NCBI GenBank assembly: GCA_965242725.1
Contig: CBDESZ010000005.1
Span: 91,577-155,576 of the forward strand
Direction of reading: 5' to 3'
Length of the DNA: 64,000 bases
Source of the DNA: Alkalispirochaeta sp.
Lineage (GTDB): Bacteria > Spirochaetota > Spirochaetia > DSM-27196 > Alkalispirochaetaceae
In this document: positions 60,029 to 64,000 of the stretch, in pieces
Numbering within the stretch: the first letter of the stretch is position 1
How the letters are laid out: each line of letters begins with the position of its first letter
The notes under the pieces: model-generated
Database searches by the model: none
Seen by the model: the letters and a program-made list of their open reading frames with translations, nothing else
Told to the model about the DNA's origin: nothing
Position numbers and translations under genes: made by a program

Positions 60029-62932
60029 ATGGAACGAATGGGAATAGAGAACGCCGCCTTTGCCGAGGAGCTGTACGCCGCGTGGCTGGAAGAGCCGGAA
60101 TCGGTGAGTCCCGAATGGCGGGAGTACTTTGAGTCGCTCCAGAGCGGGGAGGCAGGCGATGCAGCCGGCGCCGGCCCGGGAGTCGGCGCTGCCGCCGCGA
60201 CACTATCCGGACCGGCTGGGATCGCCGATGGTGCGCGGGTATCCACCTCCTTTATCGGCCACGCTCCCGGTCCCTATTTGAAACAGGGCGGAGACAAGCA
60301 GGCCCGGGTGGAGAGTCTCCTCTGGGCGTACCGCGACGTGGGCGCCATTTACGCCAAAATCAACCCCCTCGAGGCGTACGAGACACCGGCGATGAAGTAC
60401 ATGCGCATCACCGTGGAGGGCGCCTTTGACAGCCTCTCCCTTGATGCCTTCGGCCTGAGTGAAGATGATCTGGATACGGAGTTCTACGCCGGCGGTTTTT
60501 ATGAGCCTGAACGGATGCCCCTGCGGGACATCCTTGCCCGCGCAAAGAGCACCTACCTTTCCACCCTGGGTGTGGAGTTTCTGCACATCAAGAACAGGGT
60601 CATGCGACGGTGGATCCTGGAGAAGATCGAACGGGATCAGCATCGCAAGGACTGGTCCCGGGACCAGAAGATCCGCTTTCAGAAGGACCTCATCAAAGCC
60701 GAAGCCTTTGAGCATTTCGTTCACACCAACTTCATAGGGCAGAAGCGATTCAGTCTGGAAGGGGGTGAGGGACTCATTCCGGCGGTGCACTACCTCGTCT
60801 ATACGGCGGTGGAGCACCACCTTCAGGAGATCGTTCTGGGTATGGCCCACCGCGGCCGCCTCAACGTCTTTACCAACGCCATGCGCAAGCCTGCGGTGGA
60901 AACATTTGCCAAGTTTATCGATGCGGAGCAGCCCCATGAGTTCGGGGGCACCGGCGACGTCAAGTACCACCTGGGTCACAGTTTCGACTACATCGACAAG
61001 GCGACGGGGCGGAAGATACACATCTCCCTTGTGGCAAACCCGAGTCACCTTGAGGCGGTGGACCCGGTGGTGCAGGGGAAGGCACGGGGTATTCAACGCC
61101 GAAGGGGCGACGTGAACCGGAAGAAGGTGCTTCCCGTACTTATTCACGGCGATGCCGCCTTCAGTGGACAGGGAGTCGTCGCGGAGACCTTCAACCTGAG
61201 CCAGCTCAAGGGATACCGAACAGGCGGAACGGTCCACATCATCGTCAATAACCAGATCGGATTTACAACCGCCAGCCGGGACGCCCGGAGCACCTACTTT
61301 GCCACGGACCTGGCAAAATCGCTGCAGGTACCGGTCTTTCATGCAAACGGCGACGATCCCGAGGCGATCGTCCGCGCCGTCGACCTGGCGCTGCGGTGGC
61401 GGCAGAAGTTCGGTTACGATGCGGTGGTGGATATTCTCTGTTACCGCCGCCTGGGCCACAACGAGGCTGATGAACCCTCCTACACCCATCCCATCATGTA
61501 CAAGATGATCAAGGACCACCCAAGTGCGCCGGAACTGTACGGCCGCCGCCTGGAGGAGAACGGTGTCTGGACGAAGGAAGAGCAGAACGCCTTCCGCGAG
61601 CGGTACAAGGGTGTGCTGAAGGAACAGCTTGAGAAGGCAAAAGGCGACTACAAACCCGACCTTGACGACGCCTTTGAGCTGGGTGAATGGACCGCCTTTC
61701 AGCATGAGTACAAACACGAGCCGGTGGAGACCGGCGTCGCCGAGAAGGAGCTCCGCGCCCTGGGAAAGGTGCTTACCACCGTCCCGGAGGGGTTCAACCT
61801 CCATCCCAAACTGGCACGGCTGGTAAAGGATCGGGCTAAGATGCTTAAGAGCGGCAAGGATATCGACTGGGGCTTTGCGGAAGCCCTCGCCTTTGCCTCC
61901 ATCCTCAAGGACGGCTATCCAATCCGCCTGAGCGGTGAAGACTCCGGGCGGGGCACCTTCAGCCACCGCCACGCCGAATGGTGGGATGTGGAGCGGGAAA
62001 AGCCCCACTTCTACACGCCCCTCAAGCACATCGCCTCCGACCAGCCGACCTTCAGCGTCTACGACAGCCCCCTCTCGGAGTACTCAGTCCTCGGTTTTGA
62101 CTACGGCTACTCTCTGGCGCAGCCCAACATCCTGGTGATCTGGGAAGCCCAGTTCGGCGATTTTGTGAACGGCGCCCAGGTGATCATCGATCAGTTTATC
62201 TCCTCAAGCGAGAGCAAGTGGTTTCGCAACTCCGGGCTGGTGATGCTGCTTCCCCACGGGTACGAAGGGCAGGGGCCGGAACATTCAAGCGCCCACCTGG
62301 AACGCTTTCTGGAGCTCTGTGCCGACGACAACATGCAGGTGGTCAACGCCACACTGCCGGCGCAGTTCTTCCATTTGCTCCGGCGGCAGATGCATCAGCC
62401 CTACCGCAAGCCCCTCATCGTCATGTCGCCGAAGAGCCTTCTCCGTCACAAAGAGGCGCGATCGGAGTTGAAGGATCTGACGTCGGGGCACTTCCGTACC
62501 GTCCTTGATGATCCGAGGAAGCCGAAAATGCCTGATTTGCTTATCTTTTGTAGCGGAAAGGTCTATTACGACCTGGACGGCCGGCGTGAGGAGCTGGGGC
62601 TGAAGAACGTCGCCATTGTGCGTATCGAGCAGCTCTATCCCTTTCCCTGGGATGAGATCTCCCAGATCGTCAAACCCTATCAGGGCGTGTCGCGGACGAT
62701 CTGGGTCCAGGAGGAGAGTCGCAATCGGGGAGCGTGGCGCTTTGTGCAGAACCGACTCGCAGAAATTGTCGGTGTTGAAAATATCGAATACGTCGGCCGC
62801 GAGCCGAGCCCGTCACCGTCCACAGGCTCCTTCCGGGAGCATACGACGCAATTGAAGCGCTTCCTGGACGACGCCTTTTCTTCAGTGGCGGAAGAGGGGG
62901 CGCAACACAAGAGAGGAGACGACGAGGAATGA
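60029..62932 (+). CDS. sucA: 2-oxoglutarate dehydrogenase E1
   Basis: KRFSLEG, GDVKYHLG, HGDAAF, WEAQFGDF. Confidence 0.96.
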   Translation: MERMGIENAAFAEELYAAWLEEPESVSPEWREYFESLQSGEAGDAAGAGPGVGAAAATLSGPAGIADGARVSTSFIGHAPGPYLKQGGDKQARVESLLWAYRDVGAIYAKINPLEAYETPAMKYMRITVEGAFDSLSLDAFGLSEDDLDTEFYAGGFYEPERMPLRDILARAKSTYLSTLGVEFLHIKNRVMRRWILEKIERDQHRKDWSRDQKIRFQKDLIKAEAFEHFVHTNFIGQKRFSLEGGEGLIPAVHYLVYTAVEHHLQEIVLGMAHRGRLNVFTNAMRKPAVETFAKFIDAEQPHEFGGTGDVKYHLGHSFDYIDKATGRKIHISLVANPSHLEAVDPVVQGKARGIQRRRGDVNRKKVLPVLIHGDAAFSGQGVVAETFNLSQLKGYRTGGTVHIIVNNQIGFTTASRDARSTYFATDLAKSLQVPVFHANGDDPEAIVRAVDLALRWRQKFGYDAVVDILCYRRLGHNEADEPSYTHPIMYKMIKDHPSAPELYGRRLEENGVWTKEEQNAFRERYKGVLKEQLEKAKGDYKPDLDDAFELGEWTAFQHEYKHEPVETGVAEKELRALGKVLTTVPEGFNLHPKLARLVKDRAKMLKSGKDIDWGFAEALAFASILKDGYPIRLSGEDSGRGTFSHRHAEWWDVEREKPHFYTPLKHIASDQPTFSVYDSPLSEYSVLGFDYGYSLAQPNILVIWEAQFGDFVNGAQVIIDQFISSSESKWFRNSGLVMLLPHGYEGQGPEHSSAHLERFLELCADDNMQVVNATLPAQFFHLLRRQMHQPYRKPLIVMSPKSLLRHKEARSELKDLTSGHFRTVLDDPRKPKMPDLLIFCSGKVYYDLDGRREELGLKNVAIVRIEQLYPFPWDEISQIVKPYQGVSRTIWVQEESRNRGAWRFVQNRLAEIVGVENIEYVGREPSPSPSTGSFREHTTQLKRFLDDAFSSVAEEGAQHKRGDDEE

Positions 62933-64000
62933 AACAACCGGTAGAGGTACCACAAGTCGGCGAATCCGTAACGAGTGGAATTCTTGCGGTCTGGAACGTC
63001 GCCGACGGCGATTACGTGAATGAAGGGGATGAAATCTTTGAGCTGGAAACGGACAAGGCGACGCTGCCTGTCCCCGCCCCCGCGTCGGGAGTGATTTCGA
63101 TTGAGGTCCAGGCCGACGAAGAGGTTGAAATCGGCACCGTCGTCGCCCGGATCGATACCGATGCGTCCGCGCCGGCCGGGGGGACGTGCCGCCGCCGACG
63201 AGTCCGGCACCTCCGACGAGGGCCGCCGCCGACGAGTCCGGCACGGCTGACGCCTCCGGCGACGTCCACGACGCACTCTCTCCCGCGGTGCGGCGCATCC
63301 TCGAGGAAAACGATCTCGACGCCGCGACGGTGGCGGGGAGCGGTGACGCCCTCCGGGAAGGACGGCCGCCTGACCAAGGGAGACGTTCAGGAGTATCTCG
63401 ACGGCGCAGGCGGGGGCGGTAAAAAAAGCCGACGCCCCGGCGGGGGCCGACCGATCCGGGAGCGCCCCCTTGCAGAAGGGTACGACGCAGGCCGGAACGC
63501 AAGTTCAATCTACAAATTCCGGAACGGGAGAAGAGCGGCAGGAGCGCAGGAGGATGTCCAATTTGCGCAAGACCATCGCCGCCAATCTCGTGCATAGTAA
63601 GCAGCAGAGCGCCCATTTGACGACCTTTAATGAGGTTGATATGAGCGGCGTCATGGCGTTGCGGAGCGCCCAGAAGGAGCGTTTTGAGGAGGTCCACGGC
63701 GTCCGTCTGGGCTTTATGAGCTTTTTTGTGACGGCGGCGCAGCGGGCCCTCGCGGAGTTTCCCGAGGTGAACGCCTATGTGGACGGGACGGATATTCTCT
63801 ACAACCGTTTTTACAATGTGGGCGTTGCCATTTCCACCGATGCGGGGCTCCTCGTACCGGTGCTGAAGGATGTGGACACCATGGATTTTGCCGAGATTGA
63901 ACGACGGATTCTCGATTTCGCGAAGCGCGCCAAGGCGAAGCGCCTTCTTCCCGATGAGTTTTCCGGCGGGACCTTTACCATTACCAACGGCGGCGTCTTT
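62929..64000 (+). CDS. sucB: Dihydrolipoamide succinyltransferase E2 (partial; apparent frameshifts in 63180-63550)
   Basis: Lipoyl ETDKA; SPAVRR and GKDGRLTKGDV segments; catalytic domain from 63554 (LTTFNEVDM, GGTFTITNGG) in different frames. Confidence 0.85.

Noticed and set aside
55397..62029. Long minus-strand ORFs (530, 552, 608 aa)
   Set aside because: Antisense shadows of GC-rich sdhA, sucCD and sucA

Overview
Bacterial window, probably from a spirochaete (inferred from the 'FA-x-G' signal peptides of the sugar-binding proteins and the long attC style). The flanks are GC-rich housekeeping DNA. The left flank (1-26900) holds two sugar ABC systems with two-component regulators, pckA and asd. 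The right flank (50858-64000) holds fumC and a TCA cluster (mdh x2, sdhAB, sucCD, sucAB). Between them (~27100-50680) lies a lower-GC, minus-strand integron-type gene-cassette array with about 12 cassettes and 11 full plus 2 partial attC sites. No integron integrase is present in the window (CALIN-like). Cargo: five toxin-antitoxin pairs, a DUF262/HNH (GmrSD-like) protein, a stand-alone class III nucleotide cyclase, an AAA+/DUF4143 ATPase, a GNAT, an MDR dehydrogenase, TetR plus an MBL hydrolase, and two diverged copies of an ORF-less, hairpin-rich cassette. The array is invaded by IS256, two IS21, an IS1182 inserted at an attC core (with one IS21 nested inside it) and an IS110/IS1111 element inserted in an attC with a long structured 3' non-coding end. 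The most unusual observation is that two unrelated transposases (IS256 and IS110) are each disrupted at a conserved motif by a related ~36-38 bp hairpin micro-insertion.
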